A stretch of DNA of 64,000 bases from Eledone cirrhosa (Eukaryota), in the NCBI GenBank assembly GCA_964016885.1, contig OZ024743.1, positions 118,792,001 through 118,856,000 of the forward strand, read 5' to 3'. Under the pieces are notes generated by a model. The model ran no database searches, was not told the DNA's origin, and saw only the letters and a list, made by a program, of their open reading frames with translations. How positions within the stretch are numbered: the stretch's first letter is position 1; every line of letters starts with the position of its first letter. The position numbers and the translations under genes were made by a program. This document shows, piece after piece, positions 1 through 14,347 of the stretch.

Positions 1-83
<83 letters not shown>

Positions 84-126
84 ACACATATATATATATA
101 TATATATAATTCATCTCAATCTTTGC

Positions 127-200
<74 letters not shown>
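1..200. repeat. Compound (TA)n-(CA)n-(TA)n-(CT)n microsatellite; representative of dozens of similar tracts across the window
   Basis: Directly visible dinucleotide runs. Such tracts generate most [12 protein letters not shown] ORFs in the track. Confidence 0.98.
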
Positions 201-202
<2 letters not shown>

Positions 203-649
203 CTATCTATGCATTTATCTATTTATCTATAATTTTAAAGAATTCTTTTAGAATTTGCAATTTCCTTTCACTATATTTATTGCCAATTTTTGTAGTTTCT
301 GCTACAATGCGACACTTGAATACGTTTATATCTATTTCTGCTTTCCTTTTCCAGTTCATACAAAACGCCTCACAACAATAGCAAAAACAGCAGCAATAGA
401 CAAAATAACTACAACGACAACAAACACAACAACAACGGCATCAACAGCAACAATAATAAAACCGACGTTGCCTACATCATCGTCATTAGAATGAAATTAT
501 ATTCACTCTTCACAATTCGATTCTTTATATAATTGTTTTTGCTACGTTTTTATTAACAATATTTTAACGTTATAATCAACATCCCTTCGCCTCTTGCATT
601 ATTTCAACCATTTCCATCTATGTTATTTCTTTTTGTTATTAAGGGTTTA

Positions 650-700
<51 letters not shown>

Positions 701-717
701 AATATATATATATACAA

Positions 718-748
<31 letters not shown>

Positions 749-798
749 TTTAAATATATATATATATATATATACAAATATATATATAGACACAAATA

Positions 799-851
<53 letters not shown>

Positions 852-895
852 AAAAGAAATCAAAGAACGCTTACATACTCAAACAGTTTTTATTT

Positions 896-940
896 GCTGA
901 AAATGTTTCATCCATACCGTTGGGCAGGAATCATCAGAGC
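896..940 (-). ncRNA. Minimal hammerhead ribozyme-like motif, partly degenerate
   Basis: Minus strand reads gct-CTGATGA-t tcctgcc caac ggtatgga t-GAAA-cattt-TC-agc. Core boxes present, 3-bp stem I, stem II present, stem III imperfect. Confidence 0.55.
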
Positions 941-1481
941 TTAATAAACAAAAAACACAGAGCTGAGGATAAGCTCTACCAAGCTTAGTCACACAAACAA
1001 TTGGAATACAGTAGAGGGTAAAAATAGGGAGATCGGAGATGGCGAATAAGGAGAGAGTACATGTTTGGGTTGTTATTAGGCACTACAGCTAAATGCTAGG
1101 GTACAGGCAAATTTTTTCACAAGATACAGATGCAAGTGATGGCACACAAAAGCAAAAAGTATAAACAATGGTTAAAACATATAATAAAAAAGTAAAAGGA
1201 AGATAATATAAAGAGATAAAAAATAAAAAATAAATAAAAAAGATAAAAAATGTTTAAAAGGAATATAGAAAAAAAGAAAAAAAACAGAAAAAAAAGAGAA
1301 AAAGAAAAAAAGAAATAAGAAAAAAGAGAAAATTTCAAGCACTCTTTTACATATAACGGCTCTGTTCTCGTACATTGAGCTTATACAATATTGTCGAAAT
1401 ACGACAAGGTACATGTCTGTTTATGCACATACGCTCCGTGCTCTACGTAAATATATATATAGTTTTAATATAGAAGAGTTT

Positions 1482-1592
1482 CTACAGGACTAGAAATGTT
1501 TCATTCGTGAGAAATCATCAGGGACCACTACTTACTTGGACAGCCAGCTCCCTGATGATTTCTCACGAAACAAACAGTTCTAGTCCTATAGA
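1482..1592. repeat. ~43-bp-arm inverted repeat carrying a CTGATGA hammerhead-core-like motif in both orientations
   Basis: ctacaggactagaaatgtttcattcgtgagaaatcatcaggga ... tccctgatgatttctcacgaaacaaacagttctagtcctatag. Confidence 0.8.
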
Positions 1593-1682
1593 AGTGGGTA
1601 TGTATATAAATATAAAGTTATATATGTATGAATTTATATATATATATATGTGTGAGTGTATATGGGTGTGTGTACACACACA

Positions 1683-1737
<55 letters not shown>

Positions 1738-1768
1738 GTGTATGTATATATATATATATATATACATG

Positions 1769-1886
<118 letters not shown>

Positions 1887-2166
1887 ACGAACAGCGGAGG
1901 ACACGCTTCGCACCTTTCCGACAGACAGCCCCCCCCCCCCCCCTCCACCCCACCCTCACCCCCACCCCCACCCCGGAAAAAACTTCCAGTTGATGGATGT
2001 GAATCCGAAATATATAGGGACAATTAAATCTCTCCCAAGGTAACTCTATCTCGTGTTGTTATTTTTATTTTTATCCTTTACGCTCTTTCCTACAGGAAGC
2101 TCCAACCTTTAAGGTTGTCTTTTTTCAGGGTATGTCAATATTTATTTATAAAACAAATCTGTATTG

Positions 2167-2232
2167 TATTTTATCTGATGAAAGCGCACCATAATTTGCC
2201 TTGGAGGCCCTTGAAATATGTATAATAAAATA
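2167..2232 (+). ncRNA. Minimal type I hammerhead ribozyme-like motif
   Basis: tattttat-CTGATGA-aagcgcacca..tggaggccctt-GAAA-tatgta-TA-ataaaata. Perfect 8-bp stem I, imperfect stem II, short near-palindromic stem III. Confidence 0.6.
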
Positions 2233-2294
2233 AATATGGTTTTATAAATAGTTTCCATTTGTTAATATATTGTATCTATCTATCTATCTATATA

Positions 2295-2361
<67 letters not shown>

Positions 2362-3210
2362 TTATTTATTTATTTATTTATATATATATATTTATTTATT
2401 TATTTATTTATATATATATTTATATAGATACATAAATATACATGCATACATGGAAAAATATATATACACACATACTTTTATGTTTATATATTTACAAAGC
2501 TATATTTATTTATTTATATTTACTTATTGTTATTTACTGTCTTTTATACGTGAAAATATTTCCAGAAAATCCTGAACTCAAGACTTCAAAGATCTCTCTC
2601 AGCAGGGTATCAAATTGAAAAAAAAAGTTGTCAATGAACATGTTTGACGTTAGCAGAGTACAACATTCCTAAAAGCAGGGGCACTTCATAAACCTTAGCT
2701 CTATTTTAGAATAAGTCAAGATAAAGTTAGGGAGGAGGAAAAAAAAGGATAATTTTGGGAAAAGACATATATAAAATAACTGGCGAGAAAGAAAGGAAAG
2801 CAAAGGAAACCAATAAACGAAACACTACGATCATCCCTTTTTGAAGCTGCTTCTCCATAAATGTGGGCAACTATAAATGTACTCATATATGGAATGCTAC
2901 CCTTAAACATTATATAAACACACACATACAATCACACACGCATACACAAACACACACACTCATACATACACACACACACATATATATATATAGGATATAT
3001 TTATTAAAATAACAGCAATTCTTTGCTTAAACTTTAATCTGTGATTTTAATAAATATTTGCTCTACGGTTCTTATATATTTGATACATATTTATCCTTAT
3101 CGAGCCCTCTTTCGATTTTAGTCTTCAAATTTATTATTATTACTATATAGGATATATATATATATACATACATTTATATGTACCTCTCTCTATCGCTCTC
3201 TCTTTATATA

Positions 3211-3295
<85 letters not shown>

Positions 3296-3397
3296 TACGT
3301 GATTTAGTGGATTACTGTTGGTGGCACCAATATGAGCACTCGATGCACAGGCAGAAAGGGGGATGAACAAAAAGATAAATAATGAACAAAAAGATAA

Positions 3398-3430
<33 letters not shown>

Positions 3431-3444
3431 ATTATATATATATT

Positions 3445-3477
<33 letters not shown>

Positions 3478-3556
3478 TTAAATACGCACGTGTGTTTGTA
3501 TGATTTTCTTCTCATGTTCCCCCTTGTTCCTTCCTCTTCTCACTCTTTATCTTTCT

Positions 3557-3597
3557 ATTTCTTCTGATGAAGGGCTAATGTCCAAAATGTTAAAATT
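3557..3597 (+). ncRNA. Degenerate Penelope-type hammerhead motif (GAAA box mutated to AAAA)
   Basis: CTGATGA-a-gggc-taat-gtcc-AAAA-tgtta follows the CTGANGAAGGGC..GAAACGT layout of minimal PLE hammerheads. Confidence 0.5.
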
Positions 3598-3640
3598 CTT
3601 TTCCTGCTAATTCAAGCTTTAAACTAATATATCAATTTAA

Positions 3641-3804
<164 letters not shown>

Positions 3805-3825
3805 TCTCTCTCTCTCTCTCTCTCT

Positions 3826-3879
<54 letters not shown>

Positions 3880-3882
<3 letters not shown>

Positions 3883-4005
3883 GGAAAAGAATCAGGGTCC
3901 GTGACGGCTGAGTCCCAGCCGCTTCGACAGCTAGATCCGAACAGTTCGGATCTAGTTGTCGAAATGGTCGGAGCTCAACCGGCAGGACTCTGACTATTTT
4001 CCTAT
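3880..4005. repeat. ~126-bp imperfect GC-rich palindrome centred on 3943
   Basis: Paired segments: ataggaaaa/ttttcctat, tcagggtcc/ggactctga, cggctgag/ctcaaccg, ttcgacagctagatccgaac/gttcggatctagttgtcgaa. Confidence 0.9.
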
Positions 4006-4303
4006 TAACCACTCTACTACCCTAAGTATCGAGTACTCTGGTGCGTTATGGTCTACCTGGTTTCCTACCACAGTTTCTTTGTCATATATATATATTGAAA
4101 CATCATAATAAGAATGTGTATAACCATAAAAACGATAAGAATATAAAATACCAATAGTATAGATAATAATAATAGTAATAAATATAATACGGAGATTAAA
4201 ATAAAAACACAACATATACCTAGATCTATAACCCAACATAATATTAACATTTAATATAAACCACATGAAACCACCTGAATATCTACGCACATGATTAACC
4301 AAA

Positions 4304-4438
4304 ATAATTGTTTCTACTTTAGGCATAAGGCCAGCAATTACCCAGTGGATTACTGGTACTTTATTTTATCGACCCCGTAAGGATGAAAGGCAAAGTCAAC
4401 CTCGGCAGGATTTGAACTCAGATCGTAAAGGGACGTAA
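4304..4438 (-). mobile_element. tRNA-derived SINE, family 1 (5'-truncated)
   Basis: Reverse complement of the 7115-7300 copy; B-box gagttcaaatc and tail ccttatgcctaaagtagaaacaatt. Confidence 0.9.
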
Positions 4439-4454
4439 TAATACTATGAATATA

Positions 4455-5293
4455 AGCTAGAAGATTAAATACATATTTTAACACACCATTCAGTTTAAAC
4501 ATATCTAGTAACATACTTAAGTTCTTCTTCTATATAATGGACGTAGATACCATAAACAAAAATACGATTGAACTCTCATTCTCAACCCCACATAATATAA
4601 CCGCACAATTAGCTTTAAGCAACAATAGGAACATTTAAAAAAATAAATTAAATCCTTTGAACTGAATAATAGCACACAACTATTGAATATATCTAACCAA
4701 AACAAACAAAATAACCTTTCGAATAATTTGATTAATAAACCACTACATGTTACTATAAATAACATACAAATTACTTCTAACTGTATTAATAATATTAACA
4801 CACACTGCATTCAATAATATTAACCTAATATCTATAATTCCTCATTCTAAATCTATAATTACTCCAAATTGTAATTGTAGATATAAGACACTAGGCCCAC
4901 TTAGCCGTAATTGTTTAATTGATAATATAGTATATGGTTGCACAGTTAAAACCTCTCAATAGTCCAAACTTTATATAGGAGCTACCTCAAATAGTTTCAA
5001 ACCAAGATTTAATTCCCATCTTCATTTTTTTTAGAAAGCTCAAATTAAAACATATGACTTCATTAGCTAGTTTTATCTGGGAATTAAAAACTAAGAATAA
5101 TAGACAATATACATTGGATTGGAAAGTATTAGGCAGATCTTCCGCTTATAAACCTAACAATATAATATGTAGATTATGTTTCCTTGAATATCAGCTCAAC
5201 ATTAAATCCAAAAGTAACATTTTAAATAGGAAATCAGAAATCTTTTCCACTTGCCCACATAAAAAACATACAATCTTTTCAACTAGTGCTTAA
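4455..5293 (+). pseudogene. Decayed Penelope-like retroelement ORF C-terminus: RT thumb/linker plus GIY-YIG endonuclease
   Basis: Manual translation gives YFNTPFSLNISSNI, INKNTIELSFS, CNCRYKTLGPLSRNCLIDNIVYGCTV..LYIGATSNSFKPRFNSH, then ORF 5054-5293 (LASFIWELK..W..CRLC..LNRKSEIFSTCPH). Stops and a frameshift are present. Confidence 0.85.
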
Positions 5294-6569
5294 TTTTATA
5301 CTTACTCCATAACAACGGAATCATATATCATTAGTCTTTAATATTTATATAGATTATATGATACATTTGTTTAATTAATACAATATATTATCTTTTCTAA
5401 CCTCCTCGTTTATTTTACCTTAATAATAATATATACATCAATAGTATTACTAGTGATATTTCATTCAATTCATTGCCGTACATTTGATAAATTTAAAGGA
5501 TAGATATGAATTAGATAGACATAGAACATAAACACATATAAATTCAACTATGCCTGTATGCTTCAACTAGTACTTAATCGTATGATAAAATCATAATAAT
5601 GTAATAATCTTTCAGTAGTCTCTCACATTTATATATAGTATATTATATAGATATATTATTAACACTATATATTGATTTATTTAATACGATGTATTATTTC
5701 ATCTCATCTCCTTTAAGTTTGACCTTTATAACTATTTCAATATTAATTTTCGTAAATATCTCATGCACAGATACCTCATTGCCTTATATAAGATAAATAT
5801 ATATGATAAACACATTAATTCAAATATATTTACTTAGCAATAATATTTAGATAACGCAAAATTAAAAGTTTACTTTGTAATTCTAGCACCGGTATAATCC
5901 CTTGAATTACCACCCGTCCCTAATATTTTGAAATACGTAAATATTACAATATTTATTTATATTAATATATATTTTACATCTAGTTAAATATAATTAATTG
6001 ATTAATTAATAAGTATTATAATCTTTACAACATCTCTGTTACAACTTAAAACATTAATATATATATATATTCACTCCGTATAATTTCATGTTTTCTGATA
6101 CAATGTTTATCCTGCAGTAAATATATTTCAACTTTAACCCTGTTCAATTCGATGGATTTCTTTTTACAAACTATAATATTGCTTTGATAAAACTGTATGA
6201 CATCCAATTCATTATTGGAAAGTTACTACGCTTCTAGATAACATTTAAGTGTGTCAATACATCTGACACACTTGTTATTTTGACCTGCTACTTATTTAGA
6301 TAAGAGATGTATATTATCTGTTGTTCTTTAATGATGTTTATTAATATTGTTTTGGATTTTAATAAAACATTTAATGATGATTCCTACGGTTTGTGTTAAC
6401 TAATAGGAAATTGTTAAATAAAATAACTTGCTGTCGGTGATATGTTCCTATGGTAAGAAACAATTGTCAGTGATTCAATCTCTTGAACTTGTGTGTGTGT
6501 CCGTCCTGTTCTTATCCTCTTAGCTCATTGCTGCCACTGGTCTTTCTCTATCTATATATATATATACAC

Positions 6570-6608
<39 letters not shown>

Positions 6609-6649
6609 ACATACACATATATATATACAATGTTGACATACCCATATAA

Positions 6650-6758
<109 letters not shown>

Positions 6759-7114
6759 CGTGCGTGTGGTTGAATATGTGTGCGTATGTGTGTCTGCATG
6801 TGTGCGTATGTGTGTGTGCATGTGTGCGTATGTGTGCGCGCGCGTAATAAATAGTAAAGCGAAAATACCTGTATATTACAAATATAATCTCGTTGTCTGA
6901 ATATAGCGTATGGAGAAGGACCTCCATTAATTCTAGACTATCTTTGCAATTTCACGACCGAAACTTTTCATGTCTTGTAAGAAAGATAATTTATATAGTC
7001 TAACCCAAGCTATTTGGGGCCCTTGAAAACAAGTAATTGACAGTGGAACTTGTCTATATGCCAACTTGGTGAAATCATCAGACATGTTTCGATGTTGTTA
7101 TATATACTTAAGAG

Positions 7115-7300
7115 GGCGGTGGATTGGCAGTATCGGTAGAGGGTTAGACACCATGCTTTCCAGAATAGTTACGTCCCTTTACGATCTGAGTTCAAATCAT
7201 GCCGAGGTTAACTTTGCCTTTCATCCTTACGGGGTCGATAAAATAAAGTACCAGTAATGCACTGGGTAATTGCTGGCCTTGTGCCTAAAGTAGAAACAGT
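7115..7300 (+). mobile_element. tRNA-derived SINE, family 1 (near full length)
   Basis: A-box-like tggcagtatcgg, B-box gagttcaaatc, body gttaactttgcctttcatccttacggggtcgataaaataaagtaccag; multiple copies in window. Confidence 0.92.
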
Positions 7301-7872
7301 TATATATACCTAACGAAGCCTGTTCACTAGAGTAATGCAGACAATCAGGCAATTTCGCCTTACCGTATATTGGCATATATACTCACCGCTTTATTCCTTT
7401 CCCCTTCGCTATATCTCTCTGACTATTCCCAAAATGAATACGCTTTACTGAAGATACCTAAGATCGAAACATTTCAGTTGCTTACACCACGCTGTATACA
7501 AGATACACTATTACTAAATTGCCTAAAATTGTTCCAACAACCTTGAAACAGTCGGGACTATAGGAGTTATCATCATTGCTTGCTTCCTGTGGTTTGAATG
7601 TACATAAAGGCAGTTTATTTTTGAAATTGTGAGGATAGTCACGGTTGATTGGAGTTTTTCCCCACTAGCTATATCCAGACAGCGAGATTCGATTTGTGTG
7701 TATATATCTATACCTATCACTCTATGTATCTATCTACCTCTAAATAAAAACTGCAAGTGCATCACAACACAAATGGCCATAACGATGGTTGTTCACAATA
7801 AATAATAATTTGGAAAATCGCATTAAGCACATCTGGTGACAAATACACACGCACAGACGCACACAGACACAC

Positions 7873-7907
<35 letters not shown>

Positions 7908-10539
7908 AATATATATATATATATATATATATAAATGCATGTATATATATATATCAAAGGTATATATTGAGTTAGAAACTCAAAATAGTCTCTTACAATA
8001 AAATACCTCTAGGAAAAAGATTTTTCCGAGCCGTATATCATAACTGAATATAAAAGAAAAACGAACACAGACATATACATATATGTGTTCAAATCGTTAG
8101 GGACCAGATTCGCTAAGGTAAAAAGAATACTAACTATAGACAATAGGTTTTTCCAGACTCAATTTAAGAATAAATCAAGAAAGTAAATACAAACCGGAAT
8201 TGTGGTAACTACCAATCACCCGGACAGCTTTGATAATGCTGTTTCGCAAAATTAATTGTGAAGAGGAATACCAATTCTTGCTGATGAGCGGGTGAAGAAT
8301 TATTAGTATCCTGCTCACTTCTAAGTATATTAAAAAACTGAATATTGTGCGTATATATAATAAGGCACATGGTATCTGAACTTAGCGTGTCTCACAAACT
8401 CACAACATATATATATGTATACATGTTTTTATATATATATTGTTGCTTTGGGTATCTGTCAAACAATATAGTTGTTTGTCTTGCAAAATCTAAAACGAAT
8501 CTCATTCCATTTTTCTTTTAGTATGAATTTAGATATGCAAGGTCTCTCTCTCTCTCTCCCTCTCTCTGACACACACACACACACACACACACGTTTTCAT
8601 ATATGTATGTATGTATATATATATTTCTCCTGTCTATGTGTGTGTGTGTATGTGTATGTGTGGTTGGGGGTTTGTTTTGATCGTGATAGAATTGGTGATA
8701 AGAAATAACATCTTCTTTATCTAAAGAGATTTATTAAACTAATCTACTCAGACATATTTCAGATTATTTAATTTTTTCATGCTTCTGTTTTCTTTCTATA
8801 TTATTTTTCTTTTCTTTGTTAGTTAGTTTCGTTTTGGATGGGGCTTGTATCATTTTGAAAAAAGTACAACCGTTGTCAGGATATTAACAACTTGGTATGG
8901 TCGCCGGATTTAGACAACAGATAATCTTGCATCAGGCAAATTCATTGGCCTAGTTTCAAGAAGAAGAAGAATGACATTTATTATAGAGTATAAACCTTCT
9001 ACAGAATTATATGTGCTTTCTATTATTCAACACCTATTTCAATGTATAAACAGTTAGCATTTCATCTGACTACCCTCTACGCCCACGATATCGTCTCTCA
9101 TATCTCTCCATTCGTACCTATTTTTCGATATATTTGCTAAAACCTGAAACGTTTAACTGCAATATTCATGAGTTTGTGTGATGTATTTTCTTACGTAAAA
9201 AAGGGAAAAGTTTACAATTAGAAATAAAGACCATATATCAGACAACGTGTCTTAATCCACCGAAAGTATTATAATAGTATCATTCCTGATATCTATTTCC
9301 AGATAAAAGGGTAATGATTGCATAATTTAATAGTTAATCCTTAATAATTTATGTTTGTATCTCACTTGATTTACGTGATCATAATTCGCTAAATCTGAAA
9401 TATTTATTAACTTTAAATTGGTCATTGTATATTTGATTCGGTTTAATGTTTATGAATTATACACGTTTTTTATTAATTTTATTGATGCATTCCAGCTGTA
9501 CTTTCATTCATATCATTAATCTTCAATCTTCTCTTATTTAAGTATATTTCTTCCCGTATTTTATCTACATTGAGTATTTTGTCAAACAATCGATTCTAAC
9601 GGTTTATCGCGATAAAGGAACTTTAGCTTAGTTTTCCTTTTTATCTATAATAGAACAGAAAAAACGTCTGAGTTTGTTCTACAATAGGTCCATTTTGAAG
9701 AGGTCGCATCATATTCACGTTTCTCCGTTTTCGAGAGAGTAGGGTGTAATTTAAGCTAGATTTGACTACTGTTTCAAGCAATTTGAGAGATCATGTAGAC
9801 ATTTTCTCAAACGGCCTGTCACAACTAATCTACTCCAGATAGTCAAACTTCTAAGAATCGGTTTTTGATACAGATGCCATTAATGAAAGAATCGCAGCTG
9901 TCGCTAAAAATAATAACTGTTCTAACGTGTATGGATATAGTCTAAAAACATGTTTACAATTAGGTAATCAGATGTTAGAATTTGATATTTGGTTTGAGGG
10001 GAATTAACAATTGATAGTTTGTTCGAGGTCACTAAATCTTATTGTAAATACTCATATTTTCTTCAGACAATATTATTACTTACGAAGGGGGCAGTTTAGA
10101 AAAAAATGTGTGTGCTGACAGTTGTGAAAATATTTTAGTTTTAAATTATCCCCGGTTTATGCAGTTACGGATTGTATAATTTGATTCATCGTTGGTGCCT
10201 CTGTTCACATTTTGCCATGTCCAAATATACTGTAACCGATTTTTTCAAATATTATTCATAGGAAGCGATTATTATTATGGGAAATTCAATATTAGAATTC
10301 TCCCGATTCTTCTAAACTTACCAGCTTTGTTTACACTTCTCTTGAACATGGACAACATTTATCATCGTGGTGTTATCCGGTGACTCGTTTTTTTGGCTCA
10401 GGTGGTTAATGGCTTCTTGACCGCCTTCTCAGTTTGTATGGCGTTTATAACCTATGTTTATTGCTCTGGTCTCTTTAGCCTATGGAGCGCTTGCCAGCAT
10501 GACTCGGAATTTGCGTTGCGTTCGCTGAATTTATATACA

Positions 10540-10847
<308 letters not shown>

Positions 10848-11135
10848 CAAATAACGAAACGAAATTAAATTTCGTTTCGTTTGTAACTCACTTTTGTATG
10901 ACTGACGCTTAAACAATTAAGTTAAAAATGTACATCCACATATGTATACTGAAATACTAGTATGCATATGAATACACACACGTATACATATGTAGATGTA
11001 CCAAGTTTTTCACTGGTCACTTTACTGTGAGTGTCCAGCTATTCTGTATGTAAACACACAGACAAACCGGTTTTTAGAGTCATACTGGTTTTTGAGGAAA
11101 CACCTTTCCTCTATTCTCCAGAAAGCCAGACAAGG

Positions 11136-11180
11136 AATATTGAACTAGTTTCGTTGTTGTTACAACTCATCAGCAATATT
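11136..11180 (-). ncRNA. Minimal type I hammerhead ribozyme with intact consensus
   Basis: Minus strand: aatattg-CTGATGA-gttg taacaa caac-GAAA-ctag-TT-caatatt. 7-bp stem I, G-C-closed stem II, palindromic stem III (aactagtt). Enclosed by attctccagaaag/ctttctggagaat arms. Confidence 0.85.
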
Positions 11181-11619
11181 TACCTATCTTCCGGCCTTTC
11201 TGGAGAATCGTAAAAGCACATATCGTTATATGCTTTTTCTATGAAAATTAGTAGTGGGCAGACTAATTTGCATAGAGCGTGAGTACGTACCGGTTCAACG
11301 GAGACGATAAAAACAAATATATATATATATATATACAAAATGTCAGCAGAAAATACATGTATATCGAACTGACAGCTTCATCTTCCCCTTTTCAACCATC
11401 TTTCTAATGTGCAATTTCGCACAATAAATTGATTTTGTACTTGTAATAACAGTTTGCCCAACAGATTGAAGAACAGCTCTATTAGTACGGTGCATGAGAC
11501 AAAATCAGAGACAAATACGTAAAAAAATCCGAAAAAAAACAAAACAAATGTCTTATTATGTAAAATGTGTATCAGGTTAACGCTGGTGAGATTGAAACAT
11601 TGAAAACATTCGGCTTAGT

Positions 11620-11854
11620 TCAGAAGGAGGTTATTGTGTTTAGCTGCTTAATCGCAGGATTTTGGCTATGAAAATAGTTGAACAAGTTGGGAATATAAGC
11701 TCTTATAGTCTGAAACATGTGGACAGCGTCAACTGCAGGATTCAAATATAAACTTGGTGTATACCTTCCAATTGCGCTACCATTACGGCCAGTAGATGTT
11801 AACGAATCGAGCGAGGGTCTAGAGGGTGTCTGCGTTTCTTCGTGACTACGTACG
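11620..11854 (-). CDS. Candidate terminal coding exon of an unidentified host gene
   Basis: Non-repetitive open frame, GC-richer than flanks, preceded by acceptor-like ttttacag|c; ends ..QLNTITSF*. No homology recognised. Confidence 0.25.
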
Positions 11855-11979
11855 CTGTAAAATGCATTATGCAAGCACTCTACATACTACCAAATCATAC
11901 TCGATTGCGAGTGATGGGTGTAGTATTATATATATATATATGTGTGTGTGCGTGTTTGTGTGTGTGTGTGTGTGCGTTG

Positions 11980-12120
<141 letters not shown>

Positions 12121-14027
12121 GATGTGTGCGTGTATATGTAAAAATCAGGGAAAAAATTGATTAGGTGGAGCTCTTTCAGCAACTTTTTGCGTTATTTGTT
12201 CTGCACCAAATTCCAAATGCACGTTTGCCATTCTCGTAGTTAGAATATGATTGGCCCGTAGGGAATCTTTCACAAATTGTTCTCCCATTAAGACCTACAG
12301 TAAACAAATAAATAAATATTGGGTATTGCTTAATTCTTCTATTTTTGATCATATATGGATTATCAGAAACACCCTAGTTATGAGCATGTCATCTTTTTTT
12401 GTAGGTTTAATGTACCCGGGGTTACATTATCCAATGTGTCTCTCCTCTCATATATAAGGGAAAGCTACGATATGTGGGTGATCTCTACTGCTATTTCTAG
12501 CAGGTCAGGCAACTACATAAAGATTCTCGCTATGATAGTATTAAGGAAAAGACTTGCAAACACTCCCAACAGGACGGCTGCTTGTTTAACACTTTTCTAT
12601 TTACAAGACAAGAGAATATCTATTTCGAAGTATGAGACCAATAAGCTGCCTATTTTAGATTTTCTTAATTACATTACAAATTTGTAGATCTGAATAAATG
12701 ACTTTGCATCAATTAATGGTGAGTTAGAAGTTAACGATTCAGCGGGGCTTTTTGTGTGTGTTTGTGATAAATAAACAAAAACAAAAAAAACATATGAAAT
12801 TGAAATCTTGATATGTTGCAGCTTAAGTTCCCACAGAAAAAAATATGTCAAATTGGGCAACATGTAAAGAAAGAGCAAACAAATCAAGAACTTGATAATT
12901 TAAGAACCATCACTGATACAAGCGGTTTTAATGAGAGACTGAAATCTGCAATATTAAATTACAACTAGTCATAAAATTCCGAAAACTTAACCTAATTCCG
13001 TCAATAAATACGCATTTATTAAGATTAGGTCTTATACAGGTTGACATAAGTCGCTTCATGTAGAAACGTTCTGAGTTCTTCAACATTTAGACGTGTTGCT
13101 TTAAAGAGGCATGTATTTTACGGTTTTTTTTTTTTATTTCTTAGTAGCTCTCCTTAAGAAATAAGATTTGAAACATTTCCTTATAGTGAGAGCTTTACAA
13201 ACAATTCATTTCTCTAGACATTAGCAAATAAAACGATTGAAATATTCTTAAACAGAACCTTTCATAGTTTAACTTCAGAAGAAATGCTTTTACCAGCTTG
13301 TTGCATGTAACAATCAAATTTTACCTACTATTGTAACGAAGGAAGAAGGTTTTAGCTAATGTTGTATTACACACTCTAAAAAGATATGTTGGTCTTAGCT
13401 GCACACTTTGATCATGGATTAGTTCAATCAGAGATGTCGCACTAAATAACAACAGCAATCATCTGATTTCAAAGAATCATTTCACGGAATATTTTATTAT
13501 TGTCCTTTAAAAGCTAGTGGAAAAGAAATAGAAAAGCGTACAACGAAAACATCAATGAGATATTGCAATTGTGAAACTATTCTGAGTTTCTTCCAACCAA
13601 CAGGTGTGTGAATGTGTCAAACAATGAGTGTGTTTTGGTGTGTGTTTCCTTCTTTGATAGGCTTTTGTATGCTTCAAGTTATATCAAAGGTCCCTTTTTG
13701 TTGGATTTACTTACATTATCAACGATATATAAAACAAAAAACAATTTAGAGCTATGTCAGTCGATGCAGCTTATCTATTCTTTTGTTAATAACCTCCACT
13801 CATTGCAGACCTTCCTCCAATTCTGTAGAGATAAAGGGCAGGCATGAAATGTTCAGGCCAATAATTCATTATAAAAGAATCATATAAAACATCTATAAAA
13901 ATCTCGTTAGGTAAAAAACAACAAAAATTAATAAATCAAATAAGAACAAGTGAAATCGTAACTTAGCAAGGAATTATGCTCTCATTATCAAATATGTCAT
14001 CATATGCATATATTTATATACGCGCGC

Positions 14028-14073
<46 letters not shown>

Positions 14074-14347
14074 GTGTGTGTATGCGTATGTGCGTCTGTG
14101 TGTGTGCGTGTGTGTGCGCGTGCGTGCGTGTTTGTGTGTGTGAGTGTGTGTGTGTGTGTGTGTGTGTTTGTGTGTGCGTGAGAAAGAGAGAGAGTGAGAG
14201 AGAGAGAGAGGGCGAGAGTGAGAGAGAGAGAGAGAGAGGGGGTGAGAGAGAGAGAAAGAGATAGAGAGTGAGAAAGCATGAGTGAATTAGAATACGGTGG
14301 TGTTTGAAAATTTCGAAAAGGGAATTAGCATCTTTCACGGTAAATTG

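Noticed and set aside
7115-7200. tRNA gene
   Set aside because: A/B boxes belong to a multicopy SINE head; no cloverleaf or terminator.
8281-8320. CTGATGA followed by a hairpin (similar cases at 963, 10059 and 53865)
   Set aside because: No GAAA box or stem I/III pairing, so not called as hammerheads.
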